Origin: an uncultured Gemmatimonadales bacterium | Lineage (GTDB): Bacteria > Gemmatimonadota > Gemmatimonadetes > Gemmatimonadales > Gemmatimonadaceae | Direction: 5' to 3' | Assembly: GCA_963851265.1 (NCBI GenBank) | Contig: CAWKNZ010000002.1 | Location: forward strand, 1,600,001 to 1,664,000 | DNA: 64,000 bases | In this document: positions 42,750 through 51,729 of the stretch, piece after piece | Layout: each line of letters starts with the position of its first letter | Position numbering within the stretch: the first letter of the stretch is position 1 | Notes under the pieces: model-generated | The model's input: only the letters and a program-made list of their open reading frames with translations | Databases searched by the model: none | What the model was told of the DNA's origin: nothing | Made by a program: the position numbers and the translations under genes

Positions 42750-43385
42750 TCAGCCCGCCGCGGCGACGACGGGATTGCTTACGGTGCTATGACCGACCAC
42801 CTCAACCTCGACGACGTCACCGGGCGAGAGCCGCCCAACGCCGGACGGGGTTCCGGTCGCGATCACGTCACCCGGTTCGAGCGTCATCACCTGCGAGATA
42901 TACGCGACGAGCATCGGAATCGCGAACGCCATCTGCGACGCCGTCGCGCGCTGCCGCTCGGCGCCGTTCAGCCGGGTGACTACCGTCAAGGAGGCCAGGT
43001 CCGCCGGGGTCGGTGACTCGGGGCCGATCGGACAGAAGGTGTCGTACCCCTTCGCACGCAGCCACTGCGGTTCGGACTTCTGCAGGTCGCGCGCGCTCAC
43101 GTCGTTGAGCGCGACCACGCCACGGATGGCGCGCACGGCGGTCGCCTCGTCCACGCGCCGCACGCGGGTGCCGATGACGAGCCCGATCTCTCCTTCGAAG
43201 TCGACGTGCGTGCTGTCCCGCTCGGACGGCAGCTCGATCGCGACGCCGCCCGCGATCACGCTCGACGGAGGCTTGAGGAAGAGCAGCGGGCGTTCGGGCA
43301 CGTCGTTGCCGAGTTCGCGGGCGTGCTCGAGGTAGTTGCGCCCCACGCAAACGATCTTGCCGGGACGGGTGGGTGAAGCGGACAT
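42750..43385 (-). CDS. Fumarylacetoacetate hydrolase family protein
   Basis: KIVCVGRNY.EH, FLKPPSS, DFEGE, NDVSARDLQ, KGYDTFCPIGP, GDVIATGTP.GVG. Confidence 0.95.
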   Translation of the reverse strand: MSASPTRPGKIVCVGRNYLEHARELGNDVPERPLLFLKPPSSVIAGGVAIELPSERDSTHVDFEGEIGLVIGTRVRRVDEATAVRAIRGVVALNDVSARDLQKSEPQWLRAKGYDTFCPIGPESPTPADLASLTVVTRLNGAERQRATASQMAFAIPMLVAYISQVMTLEPGDVIATGTPSGVGRLSPGDVVEVEVVGHSTVSNPVVAAAG

Positions 43386-43600
43386 GACGGAGTGCGAGGG
43401 GCTGACGACGACACGCCGCGGCGCGACCGAGCGTTTACCGCGGCGACGTAGGTGCGAAGAATACGCGGACGCCGACCCTCAGGCGCGCCCGCGTGCTTGG
43501 TGGACACCGTCCGCCGCGGGTACCCCGCGCCCTGCGTCACCCCAGAGCACGGTCCGCTCGTCGATTCCGCGCGGCGTCCCGCGCGGGCGCGACGCCCAGG

Positions 43601-46231
43601 TCACTCGGCGTCCTCGGCCGGCACCCGCCCGCGGTAGAACGCCTCGACGCTCGGCAGCGCTCGCGCCCACGGCGCGACGACGCGCGCGGCGGGCGGAAGG
43701 CTCGCGAGCAGGTCGCGGCCGTACCCCTTGGTGACCGCGCGCGAGTCGGAGAGCACCACCACCCCGCGGTCGGCCGCGGTGCGGACGAGCCGGCCGAATC
43801 CCTGCTTCAGCCGTAACGCGGCGTGCGGGATCATGTAGTCGCGGAAGCTGTCCCCACCCCGTGCCTCGATCGCCTCACAGTGGGCCGCAGTCACCGGCTC
43901 GCTCGGGACGCGGAACGGGAGCTTCGCGATGACCATCGCGCGCAGGGCGTCGCCGGGCACGTCGACTCCTTCCCAGAACGTGGCGGTGCCCAACAACACC
44001 GCCCGCCCACTCTCGCGGAACCGGCGGAGCAGCGCGTCACGCCCGTCCTCGCCGTGGACGAGCAGCGGCCAGCGCCGGTCGGCGCCGCGCGCGCGCAATT
44101 CGTCGGCGGCCGCGCGCACGTCCTTGTGACTCGTGAACAGGATGAACGCGCCGCCGTCGCTCGCCGCGCACAGGTCGAGCGTGTGGCGCACCACGGCGAG
44201 CAGGTGCCGTCCCGCGTCGACGTTGGGCGCGGGCGTGTCGCTCGGCACGACGAGCAGCGCCTGGCGGGGATAGTCGAACGGCGACGGGAGCGCGGCCGTG
44301 CGCGGAACGAAGTCCGGGCGCGTGAGGCCGAGCCGGCCGGCGAGGAAGGCGAACGCGTCGTCGGCCGGCGCCCCACGCACGTCGGCCGCTCGCGGCGGCA
44401 GCTCGCCCGGGCCGCCGCCCCCGCGCGCGTCACCGCGCGCGTCACCGCCGCGCGGCCGGGTCGCGAGCGTCGCACTCGTGAGCACCGCGGTCTCGACGCG
44501 TTTGAACAGGTCCTCGCGTAGAATGGGCGCGAGGTCGAGCGGCACGCTCGACACGACGACGTTCCGCTCCTTGCCGCGCAGCTCGACCCACCGTACGGTC
44601 GCGTCGCGGTCGGCCGCCTTCGGCTTGAGCGCGCGGCCTAGCCCGTCACCCGCCGCCTGCAGCCGCTTGGCAACGGCGCGCACCTCGCCCAACAGCGGCG
44701 CGAGGGCCTCGAGCTTGCGCTCGTCCGTCTCGAGCCGCTCGCGCACGAGACGCAGTCCGTCGTGCAGCAACTCGACTTCGGTCAACAACTCGTCGAGCGC
44801 GTTGGACAACCCGCCCTGCCACACCGGGTCGCGCGCGAACGCCTCGGTGAGGCGCACCACCGGCTGGCCCTGCTGCTCGCACCAGGTCTGCAGCAGGTCG
44901 AAGACGAGGTCGGCCCGGTCGCGCGCCGCGTGGGCCGACGGAACGAGCCGCGACTGCACCAGCTCGAGACTCGCGACGCTGAGCAGGTCGGTGGACGCGG
45001 CCAGCTTGGCGACAAGCGCGGAGAGCAGCCCCTTGCCCTTGCGGTCGAGCCGCCCGAACGCGCGCTGCAGGGCGCGGCGCGTCACCGCGGTCCCGAGGTG
45101 CGCGGCGGCCGCGTCTTCGAGGTGGTGCCCCTCGTCCACGACCAGACGCTTGTAGGCGGGGAGCACGGCCGCGTCGTCCCAGTTGCCCGTCGTGCGCCGC
45201 ACGGCGACGTCGCTCAGCAGCAGATGGTGGTTGACGACGATCACGTCCGCCTGCGCCGCCTCGCGCCGCGCCTTGAACAGGAAGCACTGCTCGAAGTGCG
45301 GGCAACGGGTGCGCGTGCAGAGGTCGGGCTCGGCCGAGACCTCGTCCCAGACCTCGGGGCGGGGCGGCGTCGGCAGGTCGGCGAGCGACCCGTCGCCCGT
45401 GCGCCCCGCCCACGCCGCGAGCGCGCCTAACTCCTGGCGCATCCCCGCTTCGAACAGCGCCGCGCCGCCGAGCATCGCCTGGTCCATGCGCGACAGGCAG
45501 AGGTAGTTGCGCCACCCCTTGAGCAGCGCGTAGCGGACCGGCTGGTCGGTGAGCGCGTCGGCGAGAAAGGGCAGGTCCTTGCCGACGAGTTGCTCCTGCA
45601 GCGCGATCGTGGCGGTCGAGACGACCGTGCGCTCGCCCGCAGCCGCCGCCCACCGGAGCGCCGGGACGAGGTAGCCCATCGACTTGCCGACGCCCGTCCC
45701 GGCCTCGAGCAGGCCGACGCCGCCGTCGTTGTAGAGTGCGGTCACCGCGTCGGCGAGGGCGCGCTGGCCGGGTCGGTCCTCGTACTGCCGCATGTGGGCG
45801 GCGATGAGACCGTCGGGGCCGAGGTCGTGCGCCACCGCGTCGGGGTCGAGCGCGGCCTGCGCGGCGCGCGGCACCTCGACGACGACGTACAGTTCCGACG
45901 CGTCGTTGTCGACGATGCCGAAGCCGACGCCGTTGCCGTAGATGCGCGAGGCGACGTCCATGTCGGGACCCGACGGCTCGAGAATGCCGCTCGGGTGATT
46001 GTGGACGAGCATCTCGCCGCGCTCCGCGAACCCCGGCAGGGCGAGGACGCTCCGGACGTCGCCGCGCGCGACCACACGCGCCGTGCGCACGACGCCGCCG
46101 TCGTCGACGGTGCACGCAAAGCACACCTCACGCCCGCCGGCAAGCCGGATCGCGGCGCGCATGGCGGCCGCGACCGGCCGGCTCAGGCGGCCGTCGGTCG
46201 AGAGCGGGAGTGGAGACGTCGAGAGGACCAC
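43601..46231 (-). CDS. dinG: DinG/YoaA-family Fe-S helicase with an N-terminal JAB (RadC-like) domain
   Basis: HNHPSG..EPSGPD (JAB); EAGTGVGKS, LQEQL, KGWRNYLC, C..TRCP...C, VVNHHLL, DEGHH, TSATL, FWEGVDVPG, KQGFGRLVR; start approximate. Confidence 0.9.
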   Translation of the reverse strand: MVLSTSPLPLSTDGRLSRPVAAAMRAAIRLAGGREVCFACTVDDGGVVRTARVVARGDVRSVLALPGFAERGEMLVHNHPSGILEPSGPDMDVASRIYGNGVGFGIVDNDASELYVVVEVPRAAQAALDPDAVAHDLGPDGLIAAHMRQYEDRPGQRALADAVTALYNDGGVGLLEAGTGVGKSMGYLVPALRWAAAAGERTVVSTATIALQEQLVGKDLPFLADALTDQPVRYALLKGWRNYLCLSRMDQAMLGGAALFEAGMRQELGALAAWAGRTGDGSLADLPTPPRPEVWDEVSAEPDLCTRTRCPHFEQCFLFKARREAAQADVIVVNHHLLLSDVAVRRTTGNWDDAAVLPAYKRLVVDEGHHLEDAAAAHLGTAVTRRALQRAFGRLDRKGKGLLSALVAKLAASTDLLSVASLELVQSRLVPSAHAARDRADLVFDLLQTWCEQQGQPVVRLTEAFARDPVWQGGLSNALDELLTEVELLHDGLRLVRERLETDERKLEALAPLLGEVRAVAKRLQAAGDGLGRALKPKAADRDATVRWVELRGKERNVVVSSVPLDLAPILREDLFKRVETAVLTSATLATRPRGGDARGDARGGGGPGELPPRAADVRGAPADDAFAFLAGRLGLTRPDFVPRTAALPSPFDYPRQALLVVPSDTPAPNVDAGRHLLAVVRHTLDLCAASDGGAFILFTSHKDVRAAADELRARGADRRWPLLVHGEDGRDALLRRFRESGRAVLLGTATFWEGVDVPGDALRAMVIAKLPFRVPSEPVTAAHCEAIEARGGDSFRDYMIPHAALRLKQGFGRLVRTAADRGVVVLSDSRAVTKGYGRDLLASLPPAARVVAPWARALPSVEAFYRGRVPAEDAE

Positions 46232-46337
46232 GTGATCGGGGGTTCGGGCCCCAAGATACACCGAAACCCCGACCCGGACGTGCGATGGTGTGGCGAGCGC
46301 GACGCGGGCACGATGCACGCATTCGCGCGCCGTGCCC

Positions 46338-48461
46338 ATGTCCGCCCTCCTCAGCCGAACGCGCGACCGCCTGATCGCCGCCGACCCCGGACTCTTGCGC
46401 CTTCGCGGCGCGCTGCGCGCGGTCCTCGGCGCGGCTCTGTCCGCGGTGTGCATCGCCCTGGCCGCGCACTCGTTCGGACAGCGCCCGATGTTCGGGTTCG
46501 TCGGGATGCTCATCGCGATGGTGCTCGGCATCGCGGTGAACGATCCAGAGCCTGCACAGCAGCGCGTGTCGCTGGCACTCGCCGTCCTCGCCGCCGCCAC
46601 GTCCGTCACGCTCGGCACCCTCAGCGCGGACGTCGAGTGGCTGCAGCTCGCGCTCTTCTGCGCGGTGGTGTTCTTCGCGACCATCGTCCGGCGGTTGGGC
46701 CCACGCGGGCTCGCGGTCGGATTCCCGGCGTTCCTGGCGTACTTCTTCACGCTGTTCGTGAAGGGGCGCGCGGAGGAGTTGCCCTGGATGCTCGGCGCGA
46801 TCGCGATCGGGGCCGCGTCGGCCTACGTGATCCGGTTCTGGGTCGTACGGTTCGCGCCCGACCGCGTGCTCGCGAACGGCGTCCGCGCGGTCCGCGCGCG
46901 CGTCGATCTCCTCTTGGCGGACGTGGCCGCGGTGCTTGGCGACGCGGATGCGTCGGATCGTCGCTGGCGGTCGCTGCTCCGGGCTTCCGGGCAGCTGAAC
47001 GACCTCACGGTCGCACTCGCCCCGGCGGCCGGAATTCCAAAGCCCGGCGAGGAGCCGAGCACGTCCGGCGGGTGGGCGGCGGCCCTCCTCGAGGCGGAAC
47101 TGGCGGTCGAGACGCTCCTCCATGCATTCCGCGAGCTGTCGACGGGCGGCGCCACGGCGGTCGTGCGCGGCCATCTTGGCGCGACGGCGACCGCGCTGCG
47201 CGCGTACATCGACACCGGGAGCGACGCGGCACGCGGCGCCGCGCTCGACGCGCTCGCGCTCGCTTCGGCGGCGGCGCCCGACGATACCAAGATGCCCAAC
47301 GCCGATCGCACCGCGCGGGCGCGCGCGTGGCGGGAAGCCACGTACGCCGTCCACGTGCTCACGCGCGGCCGGAGCTGGACCACGCCGCCCGGCAGCTGGT
47401 CGACGCTCACACCACCGGTCTCCGCCGGGATCGCGGCGGGCGCGCCGTCCGACTGGTCGACCGCCCTACGCCTCGCGGTGCAGGCGACGCTCGCCGCGGC
47501 GGCGGCGATCGCCGCCGGGCGCCTGCTCTCGCCGACACGATGGTACTGGGCGGTGATCGCGGCGTTCGTCGTGTTCGTGCGCGGAACGACCGTCGGCGAG
47601 TCGCTCGCGCGCGCGTGGCAGCGCGTCCTCGGCACGGTGGCCGGCGTGGGCGTGGGGCTCGCGATCGCCCACGCGGTCGGCCACCACGTGCCCGTCGCGA
47701 TTGCCATCGCGTTCGTCGCGCTGTTCGTCGCCTACTACTTCCTGCAGGTCGCGTACGGCACGATGATCACGTGCTTCACGATCGCGCTCGCGTTGCTCTA
47801 CGACGCGCTCGGCAGACCCGTCTCGGGTCTCCTCCTGCTCCGGCTCACGGAGACCCTCGCGGGTGCCGCGGTTGGCGCCGCCGTGGCCCTGCTCGTGCTC
47901 CCGCACCAGAGCGGCGAGAAGCTGCGCGCGCTCACGGCCGTCCTCGTTCGCGCGGCTGAAGCGCCCGTGTCGCGGGCCACCGGCGATGCGGTCTTCGAGC
48001 CGAACACGGTGCTCGCCGACGTGCGGACGGTCGATCGCGCGCTCGCGCCGATCCGCGCGACCGTACGCCCGCTGTGGCAGCCGAGTTCGCCGATCGAGCG
48101 CCCCGGCCCGATTCGGACCGCGTACCTCGCGGCGGCCGTCGCGTACGCCGTGCGCCGGCTCGGCCACGCCGCGTCACAGCGTCGCGCTCCGACGGACGGC
48201 ACCACGACGCAGGACTGCAGCACTCCACTTGACGCGGATCTGCTCGCCGCGGTCGGCGGCCGACTCGCGCGCGCGTGCCGCGAGGTCGCCGAAGGCCTTC
48301 AGCACGGTCACGCCGTCGCGCTCACCCCCGCGACGGAGGACGTCGCCCGCCTGCGGGGCGCGTGTGACGTCGGTTCCCCCGACGCCCCGGGATCCCGCGT
48401 CGTCGACGCGCTGGACGACCTCGACGCCGCGCTTCGCGCGCTCGCGACGTCGGTCGCCTGA
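46338..48461 (+). CDS. FUSC-family membrane protein
   Basis: ADPGLLRLR..LRAV, two hydrophobic blocks, RWYWAVIAAFVVF, RAWQRVLGTVAG, RLTETLAG. Confidence 0.85.
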   Translation: MSALLSRTRDRLIAADPGLLRLRGALRAVLGAALSAVCIALAAHSFGQRPMFGFVGMLIAMVLGIAVNDPEPAQQRVSLALAVLAAATSVTLGTLSADVEWLQLALFCAVVFFATIVRRLGPRGLAVGFPAFLAYFFTLFVKGRAEELPWMLGAIAIGAASAYVIRFWVVRFAPDRVLANGVRAVRARVDLLLADVAAVLGDADASDRRWRSLLRASGQLNDLTVALAPAAGIPKPGEEPSTSGGWAAALLEAELAVETLLHAFRELSTGGATAVVRGHLGATATALRAYIDTGSDAARGAALDALALASAAAPDDTKMPNADRTARARAWREATYAVHVLTRGRSWTTPPGSWSTLTPPVSAGIAAGAPSDWSTALRLAVQATLAAAAAIAAGRLLSPTRWYWAVIAAFVVFVRGTTVGESLARAWQRVLGTVAGVGVGLAIAHAVGHHVPVAIAIAFVALFVAYYFLQVAYGTMITCFTIALALLYDALGRPVSGLLLLRLTETLAGAAVGAAVALLVLPHQSGEKLRALTAVLVRAAEAPVSRATGDAVFEPNTVLADVRTVDRALAPIRATVRPLWQPSSPIERPGPIRTAYLAAAVAYAVRRLGHAASQRRAPTDGTTTQDCSTPLDADLLAAVGGRLARACREVAEGLQHGHAVALTPATEDVARLRGACDVGSPDAPGSRVVDALDDLDAALRALATSVA

Positions 48462-48465
48462 CGGG

Positions 48466-49743
48466 TCAGGTTTTCCGCGGCTTCTTCTTCGCGGCCGGGA
48501 ACAGGACGTTGTTGAGGATCAACCGGTAACCGGGCGAATCCGGGTGCAGCGCGAGGTCCGTCGGCGGCGAGCCGATCGCGTGCTGCGGGTCCTCGGGGTC
48601 GTGCCCGCCGAGGTACGTCCACGCGCCCTTGCCGTAGTCGCCATGGATGTACTTGACCCACGGCGCGCCGTCCTCGGTGGCGAGCACCGTCACGCCGGGC
48701 TTCACGGTCGCCTTCGTGAACGACGTGGTCACGCCGTAGAAGTCGGGGATGCTCGTGCGGTGGTCCTGCACGAGCATCGACGGGACCGGGTCGAATTTGG
48801 CGGAGAACGCGAACAGCTGGAACGTGCCTAACGGCTGGCGCCGCCCCGGCACGTTCACCTGGTGTCCGTCGATGTCGGAGAGCGCCGTGACGTACGGCGG
48901 CGCGAGGTGGGCGTTCTGAAACGCGAACGAGCGCGCCCACAGCATCTTGCGGTCCGCGTCGGGGTCGGGCGGCGGCCCGCCCGCCGCGATCCCGGCGAAG
49001 TTGACCGACTCGCCTGCGATCGCGAGGTCGAGCGACTCGGTCGCGCCGCACATCGCGAACAGGAAACCGCCGTTCTCGACGTAGGTGCGGATCCGCTCGG
49101 CGACCGCCTTCTTGAGCGCCGGGACCGACGCATAGCCGTGGCGCGCGGCGGCCTCCACCAGCACCGCGTGCTGCTCGCGGTACCAGGGCGCGGCCGAGTA
49201 GGTCAGCGCGAGCTTGTTCTGCTGGCCCGTGAAGTCCTCGTGGAAGAGGTGCACCCACTCGTACTTGCCTAGGGCGCCGGCGAGCACGTCGTCGTCCCAG
49301 ACCTTCTCGAACGGAATGCCGGCGTACGTGAGCGCGAGCGTGACCGCGTCGTCCCACGGCTGGCCGCCGGGCGGCGTGTAGATCGCGACGCGTGGCGCCT
49401 TCTCGAGCGGCACGGCGTCCATGTTCCCGCCGGACATCTCGCGCCGCACGTCGGCGACCTGGACGGCGTCCTCGGGCTCGACGCTCACGCCGGCGAGCGC
49501 GGCCCGGCGCCGCAGCTCCGGCAGGTCGGGGACGAAGAACGCACCGCCCCGGTAGTTCAGCAGCCACTCGGCCTTCTGGCCGTCCTTGAGCACGCCGTAG
49601 ACGAGGCCGTAGGCGCGCAGGTGGTTGCGCTGCCCGTCGTCCATCGGGACGAGGAGCGTCTGCGCGCGGGCCGCGGGCGCGACGAGCGGCGCGAAGGCGA
49701 GGGCGGCCGCGGCGAGTGCGCGGCGTGGGCGGGACGACGTCAT
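48466..49743 (-). CDS. Secreted protein with a class-I glutamine-amidotransferase-like domain
   Basis: Signal peptide; LLVPMD..QRNHLRAYG, WLLNYRGG, PWDDAVTLALTYA, HEDFTGQ, GGFLFAMC, GGHDPED, SPGYRLILNNVLFPAA. Confidence 0.75.
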   Translation of the reverse strand: MTSSRPRRALAAAALAFAPLVAPAARAQTLLVPMDDGQRNHLRAYGLVYGVLKDGQKAEWLLNYRGGAFFVPDLPELRRRAALAGVSVEPEDAVQVADVRREMSGGNMDAVPLEKAPRVAIYTPPGGQPWDDAVTLALTYAGIPFEKVWDDDVLAGALGKYEWVHLFHEDFTGQQNKLALTYSAAPWYREQHAVLVEAAARHGYASVPALKKAVAERIRTYVENGGFLFAMCGATESLDLAIAGESVNFAGIAAGGPPPDPDADRKMLWARSFAFQNAHLAPPYVTALSDIDGHQVNVPGRRQPLGTFQLFAFSAKFDPVPSMLVQDHRTSIPDFYGVTTSFTKATVKPGVTVLATEDGAPWVKYIHGDYGKGAWTYLGGHDPEDPQHAIGSPPTDLALHPDSPGYRLILNNVLFPAAKKKPRKT

Positions 49744-49746
49744 GCG

Positions 49747-51729
49747 TTAGGCGCTGCCGAGGCGGTCGAGCTCGCGGCGCGCGATCGGGACGAGCGCGCT
49801 GTCCGGGTAGCCCATGATCAGGTGTTCGAAGTGCGAGCGGGCCGCGGTTCGGTCGCCGGCCGCGAGCAGTGACCGGGCCCACGCGAGTTCGGCGGCGGGC
49901 GCTTCGGGCGCGTCGGCCGCGTCGGCGAGGATCTGCCGCCAGAGGGCGGCCGCGCGCGCGCGGTCGCCGGCGCCGCTCGCGACGTCGGCGGCCGCAGCCA
50001 TCAGCGGCGCGCGCACGTCGGGGAGCGCGCGGGCCGCGCGCTCGAGCGCCGCCACCGATCCCGGCGCGTCGCCCCGTGCCGCGGCGAGCAACGCGTCGCC
50101 GAGGCCAGGGGCGGAGTCGGCGCGCGTGCGCGCGAGCACGGCGCGCGCAGCGGCGCGCACGTCAGCGAGCAGCCCGCCGCGCGGGTCGAGTGCGGGGGGC
50201 GAGTGGGCAAAGTTCGCCCGCGCGCCGCGCAGGTTGCCGGTCGCGAGCGCGAGCCACCCTGCCGCCTCGCCGCTGTCGGCGCCGACGCGGCGCAGCGCCG
50301 CGGCCGCGCGCGGCACGTCCCCGCGCGCGATCCAGGCCGCCGCGAGCGCGTCGGCCGCGGCGTTCGCGACGGCGCTGCCGGGTGCGCTCCCGGCGGCACC
50401 GGCGGCGGCGCTTCGCGCCGGGATTGGCATCTCGGCGGCGACGCGCTCCGCCTCGTCGACGCGGCCGAGCGCGGCGAGCGCCTGGACGCGGAGTAAGCGG
50501 AGCGGGGCGGCCGTCGAGTCACGCGACTCGGCGCCCGCGCGCTCGCGGTCGAGGAGCGCGAGCGCGCGCGCCGGGTCGCCGCCCTGCAAGGCGTCGTCCG
50601 CGGCCCGGGTGAACGCCTCGTGGGCATCGCCGCTCCCCCGCGGGCTGGCGTCGAGCACGCGCGCCCATGCATCCGCCGCGGTGCGGCGCGCGCCGCTCGC
50701 GTCCAGTTCGGCCGCGACGATCCGCCACAGGTCGCGAGATTCCGTGCTCAAGGGCAGCGCCGTTGCGAGCGCCCACGCCGCACTCGGCCGGTGCCACGCG
50801 ACGAGGAGCGCGGCCGCGGCGCGCCGGGCAGCCGCGTCGCGCTCGATCGGCGGCGTAGACGGCGCACCCGCCGGGGATGACCCGGTCGCCGCCGCGTTCG
50901 ACTGGGCGATGCCGGTCGCCGCGAGCGCGCCGACGACGGCGTCGCGCACCGTGTCGGGCGCGGGCCGGAGGGCGTACACGGCAGCGTCGGCGTACACCGC
51001 GTCGTCGGTGAGCACGTCGCGCCAGGTCCGCGCCGCATCCACCCACGCTCCGTCCGCGACCAGCGCGCGCGCGCGCGACGGCCGCAGGGCGCTTCTCGCC
51101 TCGCGCGAGAGCGGCGCGTGGTCGGCGTCGGCGAGGACGCTGTCGGCCGCCGCGCGCCGCGTCGCGTCGAGCAGCAGACGGAGGTACTCCAGATACGGTC
51201 CGGCGTCGGCCGGCGACGAGCGCCGCCATAGGTCGTACGAGGCGCGCGCCTGGGCGTCGCGCCCCATCATGGCGAGGGTGCGCAGGGCGATCGAGTGCGC
51301 GACCGGGTCGGCCGGGTGCTGGCGTAACACGTCCGCGGCGAGCGCGAGCGACGAGTCGGGGTGCCCCTCGTCGCTCCACAGCCGTTCGAGCCCGAGCAGC
51401 GCGGCGTCGCGGGAATCCGCATCGCGCGCCGTGTCGGCGAGGGCGAGCGCACGACGGAACGCCGCGACCGCCTCGCGCGGTCGAGACGTTTCGAGGTCGA
51501 ACGCGCGTGCGAGCGCGAGCGGGGCCGTCGCGGGAAGCGCCAGGGCCGACCGCGCCGGCGCGCCCGCCGCGGGTGCCGACGTCGGCGGGGCGGGCGAGGT
51601 CTTCGCGGCCCCGGCGGGCGCCTGCGCCGCGCCGGCGCGCGGCGTTAGGCCGACGGCGGCCGCGGCGGCCAGGCACGCGGCGGCCGAGAGCGCGAGCGCC
51701 CCGGCGCGGCGCCGACGATTCGGGGTCAC
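49747..51729 (-). CDS. Secreted TPR-like protein
   Basis: GTG overlaps the upstream stop; signal peptide; helical Ala-rich repeats; C-terminal AARSHFEHLIMGYPDSALVPIARR. Confidence 0.7.
   Translation of the reverse strand: MTPNRRRRAGALALSAAACLAAAAAVGLTPRAGAAQAPAGAAKTSPAPPTSAPAAGAPARSALALPATAPLALARAFDLETSRPREAVAAFRRALALADTARDADSRDAALLGLERLWSDEGHPDSSLALAADVLRQHPADPVAHSIALRTLAMMGRDAQARASYDLWRRSSPADAGPYLEYLRLLLDATRRAAADSVLADADHAPLSREARSALRPSRARALVADGAWVDAARTWRDVLTDDAVYADAAVYALRPAPDTVRDAVVGALAATGIAQSNAAATGSSPAGAPSTPPIERDAAARRAAAALLVAWHRPSAAWALATALPLSTESRDLWRIVAAELDASGARRTAADAWARVLDASPRGSGDAHEAFTRAADDALQGGDPARALALLDRERAGAESRDSTAAPLRLLRVQALAALGRVDEAERVAAEMPIPARSAAAGAAGSAPGSAVANAAADALAAAWIARGDVPRAAAALRRVGADSGEAAGWLALATGNLRGARANFAHSPPALDPRGGLLADVRAAARAVLARTRADSAPGLGDALLAAARGDAPGSVAALERAARALPDVRAPLMAAAADVASGAGDRARAAALWRQILADAADAPEAPAAELAWARSLLAAGDRTAARSHFEHLIMGYPDSALVPIARRELDRLGSA

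Noticed and set aside
48466..49743. Calling this gene asparagine synthetase B
   Set aside because: It has a signal peptide and lacks the N-terminal Cys Ntn domain and the SGGLDS motif of AsnB.
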